From assembly GCA_964235515.1 (NCBI GenBank), contig CAXSBL010000006.1, positions 3,186-67,185 on the forward strand: a stretch of DNA of 64,000 nt, given 5' to 3'. Shown one piece after another: positions 37,315 through 48,011 of the stretch. A model generated the notes under the pieces. It did not search any database and was not told where the DNA came from. It saw only the letters and a program-made list of their open reading frames with translations. Origin of the DNA: an uncultured Bryocella sp. (lineage in GTDB: Bacteria > Acidobacteriota > Terriglobia > Terriglobales > Acidobacteriaceae). The stretch's first letter is position 1; every line of letters starts with the position of its first letter. Made by a program: the position numbers and the translations under genes.

Positions 37315-38637
37315 GTGGCCAATAGACTCTCCTTCACCGATGCCAGCGAGTGGGGCTGCGACATGCACGGACGCGATGTCCCCCGGCGTGGCAGCGCGAC
37401 ACGCCGCGGCTTTTTGCGTAATGGGGCCCTGGCACTGGTGGGAACCTCGGCAATCCCGGCGTTCCTGACGCGATCGGTCTACGCGCAGATGGGGAAGGCG
37501 GCGGCCTCCGGCAAAAAGCTGGTCGTCATCTTTCAGCGCGGCGCCTGCGATGGTCTCAATGTGGTGGTGCCGTATGCGGAGCCGAATTATTACGCCATGC
37601 GTCCCACGATCGCGGTGAAGCCGAAGGAGGTGCTGGACCTGAACGGATTTTTTGGTCTGCACCCGGCGATGGCCTCGCTGAAGCCGCTGTATGACGGTGG
37701 ACACCTGGCGATTGTGCACGCGACCGGCTCGCCGGATCCGACGCGGTCGCATTTTGATGCGCAGGACTACATGGAATCGGGCACTCCTGGGCTAAAGAGT
37801 ACGCCGGACGGCTGGCTGAACCGTGCTTTAGGATCGGAGCCGGTGCGGGGAAAGGCCTCAGCCTTCCGGGCGGTGGCGCTGGGCACGCAGGTTCCGCGCA
37901 CGTTGCAGGGCCGCCTGCCGGCGGTGGCGGTGAACAATCTGCAGGATTTTTCTGTCGCCGGGCAGGGACCGCAGACCTCCCAGCTCTCCAACGCGTTCCA
38001 GTCCATGTACGACCAGAGCTCCGACACGATGCTGCATGGGACCGGGCAGGAGACCTTTGAGGCTGTTCGCATGTTGAAGGCCGCGAATCTTTCCCAGTAT
38101 CGGGCGGCTGGCGGAGCGACGTATCCCAACACACCGTTCGGCAATAGCATGAAGCAGATCGCACAGTTGTTGAAGGCAAACCTTGGGGTAGAAGCGGCCT
38201 TTGCGGATATCGGGGGTTGGGACACGCATCGCGACCAGGGTGGCGCCAATGGACAGCTGGCGAACCGCTTGCGGGAGTTTTCCGACGCCATCGCAGCCTT
38301 CTGGCGCGATCTGGGCGACGGCGCCGAGCAGGTAACCGTAGTGACGATGTCGGAGTTCGGACGCACGGCACATCAGAACGGAACCGGCGGTACGGATCAT
38401 GGGCATGCCAACGTGATGTTTGTGCTGGGCGGACCGGTGCGCGGCGGGCAGGTCTATGGCCGCTGGCCGGGATTGGCAAAGGAACAGCTGAACGAGGGAC
38501 GGGACCTGGTAGTCACCACGGACTTCCGTCACGTGCTCGGAGAGGCCGTGTACAAGACCCTTGGAGCGACGCGCCTGGACGAAATTTTCCCGAGCGCCAA
38601 CGTCCGGCGCGGGGACTTCCTGAATTTTGTTACGTAG
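37315..38637 (+). CDS. DUF1501-family protein with Tat signal
   Basis: TRRGFL twin-arginine, FQRGACDGLN, RSHFDAQD, GGWDTH, SEFGRT, GTDHGH. Confidence 0.85.
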   Translation: MANRLSFTDASEWGCDMHGRDVPRRGSATRRGFLRNGALALVGTSAIPAFLTRSVYAQMGKAAASGKKLVVIFQRGACDGLNVVVPYAEPNYYAMRPTIAVKPKEVLDLNGFFGLHPAMASLKPLYDGGHLAIVHATGSPDPTRSHFDAQDYMESGTPGLKSTPDGWLNRALGSEPVRGKASAFRAVALGTQVPRTLQGRLPAVAVNNLQDFSVAGQGPQTSQLSNAFQSMYDQSSDTMLHGTGQETFEAVRMLKAANLSQYRAAGGATYPNTPFGNSMKQIAQLLKANLGVEAAFADIGGWDTHRDQGGANGQLANRLREFSDAIAAFWRDLGDGAEQVTVVTMSEFGRTAHQNGTGGTDHGHANVMFVLGGPVRGGQVYGRWPGLAKEQLNEGRDLVVTTDFRHVLGEAVYKTLGATRLDEIFPSANVRRGDFLNFVT

Positions 38638-38874
38638 CTCCCTGCCCTGGTATTGAGGCAGGTTCACTTTTCTGTAGATCCGCATGGAATAAATGTGGAA
38701 TTCGGAAGAACCTTTTGGAATAATGGACGTCTACACAGATGTAGCAACTGCCGGGCTAGCAGTCCCCTCGGTCACCGGCCTCCCCTATCCGCAGCACCCC
38801 TCCCCACCTGATACCAAGGCTCCCAGAATACCGGGAGCCTTCACGCCTTTTTGAGACGTTTTGTTGGGACTAAG

Positions 38875-39798
38875 TCATAGCAACGGCGGAGGATGCGCTA
38901 CATAGATGTCCAGGAACCGGCGGACTACCTTGGTCACATCCGTGGCACTGGCGCTGCTGGGGAACTCGGCGGTCAGCTTGGGATCCTCGGCACGCTGAAC
39001 CTCCTCAGGCGGCGGGCCGTCCGTAAGGCTGATGAGGAGTTTGGGCGTTTTCAGGTTGTGGAGAGCGTCGGCCAGCGGAAAGCGCTGATGAAAAAGTAGA
39101 TTTACCGGAAAGATCCGGGTGCGGGTATCACGGCTAACGCGCGTGGCGGTATCTCCGTCGGCGGACTGCAGGATCAATCCAGAGATTTGCGGGTGCTGCT
39201 GGCATAGAGCGACAGCCAGCGAGGCGCCCAGGTGTGTCCCGTAGACGATGAGGCTGGCGGGGGAGAGACGCCGCGTCTCCGTAAGGTAATAGAGGGCCGA
39301 CTCGGCGTCCTGGCGCATGCGCTGCTGGGTCGGATGTTTGCCGCCGCTGTTGCCATAGCCACGGTAATCGAAGAGCAGGACATTGAGGCGGGCGTTGTGC
39401 AGAGCCAGGGCCGCAGGCAAGGCATCGCTCATGGAACCGGTCTCTCCATGCAGCATGAGAACGGTAGGGTCGCTGGGAAGATCGCCGGGGATCCACCAGC
39501 CGGCGAGCTGTGGTTGACCGGAGGTGTCGTCGCCGAAACGGACGGGTTCAAAGGCTAGACCCTCGCTGGTGGGTGTTTCGGTCACGGTGCGGGACGGATG
39601 CAGCACGAGTTGCCATTGCTGCACGTAGAACAGCCCGCAGACGGTGAGGTAGGCACAGAGAAGACCGATGGCCATGACGGCAAGTCCGCCTTTGACGAGC
39701 CATAGAGGGTCCACACTGTTTGGTGGTCGCTTGGCTGGTGAAGCGCCCGGCGGACGAGGTGACTTAGAAGAATGGGACGAGGTATGCACGGGAGCCAT
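38875..39798 (-). CDS. Membrane-anchored alpha/beta-hydrolase-fold protein
   Basis: N-terminal TM, LMLHG, LLFDYRGYGNS; nucleophile site degenerate (GTHLG). Confidence 0.8.
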   Translation of the reverse strand: MAPVHTSSHSSKSPRPPGASPAKRPPNSVDPLWLVKGGLAVMAIGLLCAYLTVCGLFYVQQWQLVLHPSRTVTETPTSEGLAFEPVRFGDDTSGQPQLAGWWIPGDLPSDPTVLMLHGETGSMSDALPAALALHNARLNVLLFDYRGYGNSGGKHPTQQRMRQDAESALYYLTETRRLSPASLIVYGTHLGASLAVALCQQHPQISGLILQSADGDTATRVSRDTRTRIFPVNLLFHQRFPLADALHNLKTPKLLISLTDGPPPEEVQRAEDPKLTAEFPSSASATDVTKVVRRFLDIYVAHPPPLL

Positions 39799-39847
39799 AG
39801 TGTCGGTGTCTTTTGCATCTTAAGGCTGCGAAGGGGAGGTAAGGAAC

Positions 39848-40159
39848 TTGGGGGAATGGAAGGCGATTTGCTCAGTTGCAGAGGTTCCTGCAAAGGACGA
39901 GGTGAGGGAGGTGGAGCTTGATGGCCAGATGCTCTGCCTTGCCAACGTCGGCGGGCAACTGCACGTGCTCGACAACTGGTGTCCGCATCGTCAGGGACCG
40001 CTCGGGCAGGGATGGGTGGAGGGAGAAACGGTGGTTTGCCCGTGGCATGCGTGGGCCTTTGATTGCAGAACGGGCATCGCGACCGAGCCGGAGCAGGAAA
40101 GTGTAAAAGTGTTTCCTGTACAGATCCAAAACGGGAGAGTGGAGGTGGATCTTTCGTGA
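39848..40159 (+). CDS. Rieske [2Fe-2S] ferredoxin (NirD-like)
   Basis: CPHRQGPL and CPWHAW ligand motifs. Confidence 0.9.
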   Translation: MGEWKAICSVAEVPAKDEVREVELDGQMLCLANVGGQLHVLDNWCPHRQGPLGQGWVEGETVVCPWHAWAFDCRTGIATEPEQESVKVFPVQIQNGRVEVDLS

Positions 40160-40260
40160 TTCCTCGTAATTCGACTGCGAGAAAACCTCTCCTGAGGCGC
40201 TATGCTCTCACCATCGACGGCAGGTGTTTTCAAACTGCCGGTGATCGAGGAGAGATTACG

Positions 40261-40386
40261 ATGTTGAAGCGAGCGATGCTTTCAGTATTTGGGCTTGCCG
40301 TATTATTCGGTAGCTTTGCCCCTGCACAAGCGCAATACCACCACCGCCATCGTCATCACCATCATCATCCCCGCTACAACCGTTAG
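40261..40386 (+). CDS. Small secreted His-rich peptide (41 aa)
   Basis: GAGGAG RBS; MLKRAMLSVFGLAVLFGSFAPAQA then QYHHRHRHHHHHPRYNR; own terminator. Confidence 0.75.
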   Translation: MLKRAMLSVFGLAVLFGSFAPAQAQYHHRHRHHHHHPRYNR

Positions 40387-40410
40387 GTTGAAAGGGATCT
40401 CGGAGAGGAG

Positions 40411-40433
40411 GCCCGGCGGTGGCCGGGCTTTTT
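40411..40433 (+). terminator. Rho-independent terminator
   Basis: GCCCGGC-ggtg-GCCGGGC followed by TTTTT. Confidence 0.8.
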
Positions 40434-40501
40434 CGTGTGCATCCCACCCGGGACTCAGGAGCTTCGCTGCTAAACTGAGTTGACCGCGGTGAACCGGAGA
40501 G

Positions 40502-41641
40502 ATGATGCAGGCGATTCTCGCCCTGGAAGATGGGCGCGTATTCAGGGGCCGGAGCTTTGGTGCGCCGGTGGAGCGTGTGGGTGAGGTGGTGTTTAACACC
40601 TCGCTGACGGGGTATCAGGAGATCTTCACCGATCCGTCCTATGCGGGGCAGATTGTGGTGTTGACCAATCCGCAGATCGGCAACTATGGCACCTCACCGT
40701 CGGATGCGGAGTCGTCCAAGCCGTACATCGAAGGTCTGGTGGTGCGGGAGTTTTCGCCGATCAGCTCGAACTGGCGGTCGACCGAGGTCACCGATGAGTA
40801 TCTTGAGCGCAATGGAATTCCGGTCATTGCGGATATCGATACCCGAGCCGTCGTGCGACACCTGCGGGCCAACGGCGTGATGCGCGGCTGCCTTTCAACC
40901 GCCGTCGCTGACCCGGATGCGCTGGTGGCCAAGGCGCGGGCGCATCGCAGGATGGACGGCACCGACCTGGCGAGCGAGGTTTCGACCAAAGAGACCTACA
41001 CCTGGGGAACGAGCGAACCGCGCAACAGCACGGGCGACAAGTATCTGCCGAACGTGAACGCCTCTGCCGAAGCCCAAATGCATGTGGTGGCGTATGACTT
41101 CGGCATCAAGGAAAACATCCTGCGCATGCTCACGCGAGAGAACTGCCGCGTGACCGTGGTTCCGGCGAAGACGCCTGCTGCCGACGTGCTGGCGATGAAC
41201 CCGGACGGTGTCTTCTTTTCAAACGGCCCGGGCGATCCGGAGCCGCTGGACTACGCACAGCAGAACATTCGCGAACTTCAGGGTAAGGCGCCCATGTTCG
41301 GCATATGTCTTGGACACCAGCTCTTCGGTTTGGCGCTGGGTGGAAAGACCTACAAGCTGAAGTTTGGGCACCACGGCGGCAATCATCCGATTAAAAACCT
41401 GGAAACCGGCAAGGTAGAGATCACGGCGCAAAACCACAACTTCAACGTGGATCCGGAAAGCCTGCCGGGCGATGTTGCCGTGACGCACGTGAATCTGAAT
41501 GACAATACACTGGCCGGTTTGAAGCACAAGACCGATCCGATGTTCAGCGTGCAGTACCACCCGGAAGCCTCGCCCGGGCCGCATGATTCGCATTACCTCT
41601 TCCGTGACTTTCGCCGGATGATGGAGGAGTGGAAGAAGTAA
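40502..41641 (+). CDS. carA: Carbamoyl-phosphate synthase small subunit
   Basis: [40 protein letters not shown]. Confidence 0.98.
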   Translation: MMQAILALEDGRVFRGRSFGAPVERVGEVVFNTSLTGYQEIFTDPSYAGQIVVLTNPQIGNYGTSPSDAESSKPYIEGLVVREFSPISSNWRSTEVTDEYLERNGIPVIADIDTRAVVRHLRANGVMRGCLSTAVADPDALVAKARAHRRMDGTDLASEVSTKETYTWGTSEPRNSTGDKYLPNVNASAEAQMHVVAYDFGIKENILRMLTRENCRVTVVPAKTPAADVLAMNPDGVFFSNGPGDPEPLDYAQQNIRELQGKAPMFGICLGHQLFGLALGGKTYKLKFGHHGGNHPIKNLETGKVEITAQNHNFNVDPESLPGDVAVTHVNLNDNTLAGLKHKTDPMFSVQYHPEASPGPHDSHYLFRDFRRMMEEWKK

Positions 41642-44600
41642 ATGCCTCGTAGAAACGACATCGCCAAGATTCTTGTCATCGGGTCCGGCCCGATTGTGAT
41701 CGGCCAGTCGGCTGAGTTTGACTATTCCGGAACACAGGCCTGCAAAGCGCTCAAGGCTGAAGGCTATGAGGTCGTGTTGGTGAACTCCAATCCGGCGTCC
41801 ATCATGACGGACCCGGAGATCGCCGACCGCACCTACATCGAGCCGTTGACGGAGGCCTACCTCGAAAAAATTCTGGAGGTGGAGCTGGACCGCATGGGGC
41901 CGAACCCCGCGGGCAAGTTCGCCGTGCTGCCGACTGTGGGTGGGCAGACCGCGTTGAACCTGGCCGTCGATCTGGCGGATAAGGGCGTGCTGGATCGGCT
42001 GGGCATTGAGCTCATTGGCGCCAAGCTTGAAGCCATCAAGAAGGCCGAAGACCGGTTGTTGTTCAAGGATGCGATGAAGAAGATCGGGCTGGATATGCCC
42101 CGGTCGATGCTCGTGAACAACCTGAGGGACGGGCTGGAATTCGCGACAAAGCTTGGTTTTCCGGTTGTGATCCGGCCCAGCTTCACGCTGGGCGGCTCAG
42201 GCGGCGGTATTGCCTATAACCGCGAAGAGCTGATGGAAATTCTTTCGCGCGGGATCGATCTTTCGCCGGTGCATGAGTGCCTGCTGGAAGAGTCTGTCCT
42301 TGGCTGGAAGGAATATGAGCTGGAGGTGGTGCGCGACCTGAACGATAACGTCGTGATCATCTGCTCCATCGAGAACTTTGACCCGATGGGTGTGCACACG
42401 GGTGATTCGATCACGGTGGCGCCGGCGCAGACGCTCTCCGACCGCGAGTACCAGCGGATGCGCGATGCGGCGATTGCAGTCATTCGCGAGATTGGCGTGG
42501 AGACGGGTGGATCGAACGTGCAGTTTGCCGTCGATCCGCAGACCGGGCGCATGACGGTGATCGAGATGAATCCGCGCGTGTCGCGGAGCTCGGCCTTGGC
42601 GTCCAAGGCGACGGGGTTCCCGATTGCCAAGATCGCCGCGCGGCTCGCCGTCGGCTACACGCTGGATGAGTTGCAGAACGACATCACCAAGGCCACGCCG
42701 GCGTGCTTTGAGCCGACGATTGACTACGTGGTGGTGAAGATCCCGAAGTGGCAGTTTGAGAAGTTTCCCGGCGCCAACGAGGTTCTGGGGCCGCAGATGA
42801 AGTCCGTGGGCGAGGTGATGGCCATCGGCCGTACCTTCAAGGAAGCCCTGATGAAGGCGGTGCGTTCGCTTGAAACAGGCAAAAAGTCGGGCACCGAAAG
42901 CATCGATCCGCGGCGGCAGACACAACGCCTGGTGACGCCGCATCCTGAGCGGTTGCAGTACCTGCGCTACGCCTTCGACAACGGCATGGCCGTGCGCGAG
43001 GCAGCGCGACTGACCGGCATGGATCCATGGTTTCTGCACCAGATGAAATTGATTGCGGACGAGGGCAAATCGCTTGGCGAGCGCGGCCTGGACGCGCTCG
43101 AAGGTTTTGATCTGCAGATCGCCAAGCGGATGGGGTTGTCGGATGAACGGCTGGCCGGGATCTTCGAACTCGAAGGCAAGGAGGGCGCGGAGCACGTGAA
43201 GACCACGCGCGAGCGGATGGGCGTGAAGCCTGTTTTCAAGCTCGTAGACACCTGCGCGGCGGAGTTTGAAAGCTTCACGCCTTACCTTTACTCCTGCTAC
43301 GACGAGGAGGATGAGGCCGCGCCGACCGCACACAAGAAGGTGATCATCCTAGGTTCGGGGCCGAACCGTATAGGGCAGGGCATCGAGTTTGATTACTGCT
43401 GCTGCCATGCGGCCTTTGCGCTACGGGAGGATGGTTTTGAGACCATCATGATCAACTGCAACCCGGAGACAGTTTCGACCGACTACGACACGTCCGACCG
43501 GCTGTATTTCGAGCCGTTGACTTATGAGGATGTGCTCGCGGTGTATGAGCATGAGGCCTCAGCGGGCGCGGAGATCGGGATGATCGTGCAGTTTGGCGGG
43601 CAGACGCCGCTGAATTTGTCGCTGCCGCTCAAGGCGGCGGGTGTGCCGATCATTGGAACCTCGCCGGAATCGATTGACCTGGCAGAAGACCGTAAGCGAT
43701 TCGGCAAGTTGCTGGAAGATTTGAAGATCCCGCAGCCGCCGGCGGCGATGGCGACCTCGGTTGAAGAAGCCTTGTCCGGGGCACGCCGGGTGACCTATCC
43801 CGTACTGGTGCGGCCGTCGTATGTGTTGGGCGGACGAGCCATGGTGATCGCGTATAACGATGATGCCGTGCGGCGCTACATGGCCACGGCGATCGAGTAT
43901 TCGCAGGAACGGCCGGTGCTGATCGATCACTTCCTGGAGGACGCGCAGGAGGTCGATGTGGACGCGCTGTGCGACGGCGACGACGTAGTGATTGCCGGAA
44001 TTATGCAGCATATCGAGGAGGCCGGGGTGCATTCGGGCGACTCCTCGTGTGTTTTGCCCGCCGTAGATCTTTCGCCCGAGGTGCTGGATACCATCCGCAG
44101 CTATACGCGCAAGCTGGCGTTGGCGCTGGGTGTGATCGGCCTGGTGAACCTGCAGTTCGCGGTGCAGCGCGGGGTGGTTTTTGTCATCGAGGTAAACCCG
44201 CGGGCCTCGCGCACGGTGCCGTATGTCTCGAAGGCAACCGGCGTGCAGTTGGCGAAGATCGCCTCGCGCCTGATGACCGGTCAGCGGCTATGCGACCTGC
44301 TGCCCGAGCAGGTGGAGAGCGGTAAGGACCTGGGCACGGGCGATCATTATTTTGTGAAGTCGCCGGTCTTTCCCTGGGCCAAGTTCCAGGGTGTGGACCC
44401 TGTGCTGGGGCCGGAGATGCGCTCCACCGGTGAGGTGATGGGCATCGGGCGCAGCTTTGGCGAGGCGTTTGCCAAGGCACAAACCGCGGCGGGGCTGATT
44501 CTACCGACCGAGGGCACACTGTTCCTGAGTGTGACCGCCCGTGATCGCGAGGGCGTGGTGCCCCTGGCCAAGAAGTTTGCCAATGCGGGATTCCATATCG

Positions 44601-44932
44601 TCGCCACGCATGGGACGGCCGCGGCGCTGGAGGCGGCTGGACTGCAGGTGGAGCGGGTGTACAAGGTGGATGAAGGCCGGCCCAACGTGGTGGACCTGAT
44701 CAAGAGCGAACGCATTCACCTGATCGTGAATACGCCCACCGGCCAAGGAGCGGTGTTTGATGAGCAGGCGCTGCGGCGAGCGGCGGTGGCCGCGCGTGTG
44801 CCCATGATTACCACGTTGGCGGCGGCGCGTGCCGCAGTGGAGGGGATTGAGGCGCTGCAGTCGGGCAAGAGCAGCATCGAATGCCTGCAGGAGTTGCACG
44901 CGGCCTACGCCAAACCGCTCTCGCTGGCTTAA
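41642..44932 (+). CDS. carB: Carbamoyl-phosphate synthase large subunit
   Basis: [33 protein letters not shown], duplicated ATP-grasp, C-terminal MGS domain. Confidence 0.98.
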   Translation: MPRRNDIAKILVIGSGPIVIGQSAEFDYSGTQACKALKAEGYEVVLVNSNPASIMTDPEIADRTYIEPLTEAYLEKILEVELDRMGPNPAGKFAVLPTVGGQTALNLAVDLADKGVLDRLGIELIGAKLEAIKKAEDRLLFKDAMKKIGLDMPRSMLVNNLRDGLEFATKLGFPVVIRPSFTLGGSGGGIAYNREELMEILSRGIDLSPVHECLLEESVLGWKEYELEVVRDLNDNVVIICSIENFDPMGVHTGDSITVAPAQTLSDREYQRMRDAAIAVIREIGVETGGSNVQFAVDPQTGRMTVIEMNPRVSRSSALASKATGFPIAKIAARLAVGYTLDELQNDITKATPACFEPTIDYVVVKIPKWQFEKFPGANEVLGPQMKSVGEVMAIGRTFKEALMKAVRSLETGKKSGTESIDPRRQTQRLVTPHPERLQYLRYAFDNGMAVREAARLTGMDPWFLHQMKLIADEGKSLGERGLDALEGFDLQIAKRMGLSDERLAGIFELEGKEGAEHVKTTRERMGVKPVFKLVDTCAAEFESFTPYLYSCYDEEDEAAPTAHKKVIILGSGPNRIGQGIEFDYCCCHAAFALREDGFETIMINCNPETVSTDYDTSDRLYFEPLTYEDVLAVYEHEASAGAEIGMIVQFGGQTPLNLSLPLKAAGVPIIGTSPESIDLAEDRKRFGKLLEDLKIPQPPAAMATSVEEALSGARRVTYPVLVRPSYVLGGRAMVIAYNDDAVRRYMATAIEYSQERPVLIDHFLEDAQEVDVDALCDGDDVVIAGIMQHIEEAGVHSGDSSCVLPAVDLSPEVLDTIRSYTRKLALALGVIGLVNLQFAVQRGVVFVIEVNPRASRTVPYVSKATGVQLAKIASRLMTGQRLCDLLPEQVESGKDLGTGDHYFVKSPVFPWAKFQGVDPVLGPEMRSTGEVMGIGRSFGEAFAKAQTAAGLILPTEGTLFLSVTARDREGVVPLAKKFANAGFHIVATHGTAAALEAAGLQVERVYKVDEGRPNVVDLIKSERIHLIVNTPTGQGAVFDEQALRRAAVAARVPMITTLAAARAAVEGIEALQSGKSSIECLQELHAAYAKPLSLA

Positions 44933-44982
44933 CGGGCCGCCGCGTCGTCGCGAACGGCCCAATCTGGATTGGAATCTTTCCT

Positions 44983-46059
44983 ATGTTGCTCCAAGGCCTC
45001 TTTGTCCCGTTGACGTGTCCGTTTTATCGTGACGGCGGCAGCTATCTGCGCAAGATCGAGCACAACGTACGTCGCTACTCGCTGGGACCGGCGAGCGGTC
45101 TGGTCGCCCTGCCTCCCGACGGAGAGGCTTCCGGACTGACCGATGCCGAAACGCATGACCTGCTGAAAGCTGTCGCGGAGACGGCGGGCAAAGAGAAGGT
45201 CCTGATTGCCGGTGTGGAGCGTTCAAGTGTGAAGGCAGCGTTGGAGTTGGCGGAGATCGCCGCAGCCGCTGAGTTCGATGCAATCCTGCTGTCGCCACCG
45301 GTGAACTGGAGCCGGCTGATCCAAGGCGCGGACGGAAGTGAGGTCCTGCTGTACTATCAGGCTGTCGCGGACGCCTCGCCCCTGCCGGTGGTGCTTTGGA
45401 ACGACGCTTCGGCTGCCGCACTCCGGCTGCCGGCAAACGCCCTCATTGAACTGGCGCATACGCCCAACATCATCGGGCTGATTGATGGAGCGTTGACCGT
45501 CGAGACGTTGCGGGCTCTGCAAGAGGCTACGGCCGACGTCAAGCGTGAGGTGGTCACGACCACCGTGTTTGAGGCGGTGACCCGGCGCATGATGACGGCT
45601 TCGCTGACTCCCGTATCCGCGCCGCAGACGCTGGTGACCATCGGTGCTCCGGCCGGAGGTACGCCCGTTGAGTTACCCACGGTACCTTCCGGTTCAACGC
45701 TGAAGACGAGGACCCGCACCCTGGGCTTTCAGGTGCTCTCCGCCGGTCCAGCACAGGGTATGCTGCCGCTGCTGATTGCCGGGGCAGGGGGTGTCATGCC
45801 GTCGCTGGCGGCCTGTGCTCCGCAGGGCTGCCACGAGGTCTACGCTGCGTGGAAGGACGGCGACGAGCGGCTTTCGGCAGAACGCTCGCAACGCCTGACC
45901 GCAGCGGACGACCTGATGGAGAAGCTCGGACCCGCGGGCATTAAGTACGGCTGCGATTGGAACGGCTACTTCGGAGGCCAGCCGCGACTGCCACGGGTAT
46001 CGCTAACTGCAGAGCAACGCATGGGTGTGGAGCACGCGTTGGGTGAGGTCCGGAACTGA
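44983..46059 (+). CDS. DapA/DHDPS-family TIM-barrel protein with degenerate active site
   Basis: LLQGLFVPLTCPF, KEKVLIAGV, YYQAVADASPLPVV, GIKYGCDWNGYFGGQPRLP. Confidence 0.8.
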   Translation: MLLQGLFVPLTCPFYRDGGSYLRKIEHNVRRYSLGPASGLVALPPDGEASGLTDAETHDLLKAVAETAGKEKVLIAGVERSSVKAALELAEIAAAAEFDAILLSPPVNWSRLIQGADGSEVLLYYQAVADASPLPVVLWNDASAAALRLPANALIELAHTPNIIGLIDGALTVETLRALQEATADVKREVVTTTVFEAVTRRMMTASLTPVSAPQTLVTIGAPAGGTPVELPTVPSGSTLKTRTRTLGFQVLSAGPAQGMLPLLIAGAGGVMPSLAACAPQGCHEVYAAWKDGDERLSAERSQRLTAADDLMEKLGPAGIKYGCDWNGYFGGQPRLPRVSLTAEQRMGVEHALGEVRN

Positions 46060-46123
46060 CCTCGGCTATCGCCTTACTCTTACCGCAGCTTTTCGGTCGA
46101 ATAAAAGCGAGAAGCATGCCAGC

Positions 46124-47068
46124 TTAGCGGCGGGCCAGGCTGCTGAGACGAAGCTTCGCCTGGGCAGCCTCGGGTGAGTTTGGATAGCGTTGAACCAGGG
46201 CACGCAGCTCTCTCATGCCCGCGTCGGTCTGCTTCAGCGCGATGAGGGCTTCGCCCTTGTGCAGGTGCGCTGTGGGAATCTTTGGATTATCCGGGTAGCG
46301 TTCGAGTACCTGATCGTAATTCTTGACCGCCGCCGTGGGTTTTTCGCTGCGATTGTCGATCTCCCCTTTGTAGAAGAAGGCATTGCCGGCGAGATTATCG
46401 TCCGGATGCGCCTTGATCAGGTCGTTGAACTCGGAGGTGGCCAGGGGATAGCGGCCCGCCATGTAGTCATTAAAGGCGGCGCGATACATGGACGCCACAG
46501 GAACGCCGGTGTCCGCGGAAGGCGCGGCGTTGCTTGCGGAGGGCGGCGGCACCGGGCCGTTGGGCGCCGAGGTGGCCGGAGCCGGGATGGGCGAACCCGC
46601 TGCCGGCGGTACTGTAGCGGCTCCGGCGCCACCATTTGCGCCGGGTAAGGAGGTGACTACCGCGTTCGTGGACTGGGTCTGGCTTTGGATGTCGTTCAGC
46701 GACTTTTCCATTCGCAGCATGCGGGCCTTCAGCTCGTCGAGCGAATCATTCAGGGATTGCACCTGACCGGAGAGTTGATCGCTCTTGGCGCCCTGTGCGT
46801 CGGTCTGGTTTTGCAGCTTCAGCTGCATGCCGTTCACGGTGACGGTCATCTTATTGACCGAGTCGACGGTCTGCTGCACAAGATCCTTGAGCACACCCAT
46901 CTGCTGGTCGTTGGAGCTCTGCAGCCGGGCGAGCGAGTCGATCAGTTGCTGGACCTGGGTCTGCAGCTGAATCATGTCCTTGTTGGCCGCATGCGCCGGC
47001 GTGGCGTTGAGCGTGGCAAAGAGGAGGAGGGCGGGTGCGAAACGGCGGCAGCGGTGGACGAGATTCAT
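46124..47068 (-). CDS. cpoB: Tol-Pal protein CpoB/YbgF
   Basis: Signal peptide, coiled coil, TPR region MYRAAFNDYMAGRY...LAGNAFFYKGE; last gene of the tol-pal operon. Confidence 0.85.
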   Translation of the reverse strand: MNLVHRCRRFAPALLLFATLNATPAHAANKDMIQLQTQVQQLIDSLARLQSSNDQQMGVLKDLVQQTVDSVNKMTVTVNGMQLKLQNQTDAQGAKSDQLSGQVQSLNDSLDELKARMLRMEKSLNDIQSQTQSTNAVVTSLPGANGGAGAATVPPAAGSPIPAPATSAPNGPVPPPSASNAAPSADTGVPVASMYRAAFNDYMAGRYPLATSEFNDLIKAHPDDNLAGNAFFYKGEIDNRSEKPTAAVKNYDQVLERYPDNPKIPTAHLHKGEALIALKQTDAGMRELRALVQRYPNSPEAAQAKLRLSSLARR

Positions 47069-47171
47069 TGCCGGAGACTCCTGGCGAGAAGTGTAAACAG
47101 GAACCGCGCCGTTTGGCCGCCGCAAGGGCTAAACCGGATCGGCGCGGATGCCTTTTGAGCAGATTGGTGAA

Positions 47172-47963
47172 CTAGCGATCGATGCTGAACTGATCGCGGC
47201 GGTTTTGCTGCCAGCAGGCGTCCGTGTCCTCAGAGCAAAACTGACGCTCTTTGCCGTAGCTAACGACGCGAATGCGTTCGGGCGAGATGCCGGCGCTTAC
47301 CAGTGCAGTTTTGGCGGAGTTGGCACGGTTTTCGCCGAGGGTGATGTTGTATTCGGCCGATCCGCGATCATCGCAGTAGCCGCCGATGACGATGCGAATC
47401 GCCGGATGCTGCTGAAGGTATTGCGCGGCCTGTGAGATCACGCCCTGGGTGTCGGCCTCAATGCTGTAGCTGTCATAGCCGAAGAAGATGTCCTTTACGT
47501 TGGCGTGGAACTGGGCATCGCTGCCCATGTCGCCCTCGGTGCCATTACCGGAGTTTGCGCCGCCGGGAATCTGGGCTACACGCACGGTGACTCGGACACT
47601 GGCGTCGGTGGTGCCGCCGTCGCCCTTGACCACCAGGTGAAAGTTGGTCGAGTTCGCCGGCGAGACAGTCTGCGTGCCGTTGACGGGCACATCACCCAAG
47701 CCGTCGATGCTGGCGCTGGTGGCGTTTGTCGTGCGCCAGTTCAGCACAACGGACTGGCCGGCGTCGATGGCCGAGGGATCGGCCGTGATGTTGGCTGTGG
47801 GTGCGGGACCGCTGGTCGAAGGCGGAAGGGCATTGGAGGGAACGGCGGACGGCTTTTTGTGGCAGCCGGCGAAGGTCAGGAGAGCCAGGCTCAGCGGCAG
47901 AACCGCACGCGACAGTTTGGAGGATCTTGCTTGTATGTTCATGAGTGTTCTCCGGTTCGACAA
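47172..47963 (-). CDS. pal: Peptidoglycan-associated lipoprotein with an extra N-terminal beta domain
   Basis: Lipobox FAGC, DIFFGYD, GYCDDRGSAEYNITLGENRA, SYGKE, QQNRR. Confidence 0.9.
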   Translation of the reverse strand: MSNRRTLMNIQARSSKLSRAVLPLSLALLTFAGCHKKPSAVPSNALPPSTSGPAPTANITADPSAIDAGQSVVLNWRTTNATSASIDGLGDVPVNGTQTVSPANSTNFHLVVKGDGGTTDASVRVTVRVAQIPGGANSGNGTEGDMGSDAQFHANVKDIFFGYDSYSIEADTQGVISQAAQYLQQHPAIRIVIGGYCDDRGSAEYNITLGENRANSAKTALVSAGISPERIRVVSYGKERQFCSEDTDACWQQNRRDQFSIDR

Positions 47964-48011
47964 CCTGGGCCTTCGTAAGTTTATCGTAGTCCGATGTACG
48001 GTCTTCCTGGC

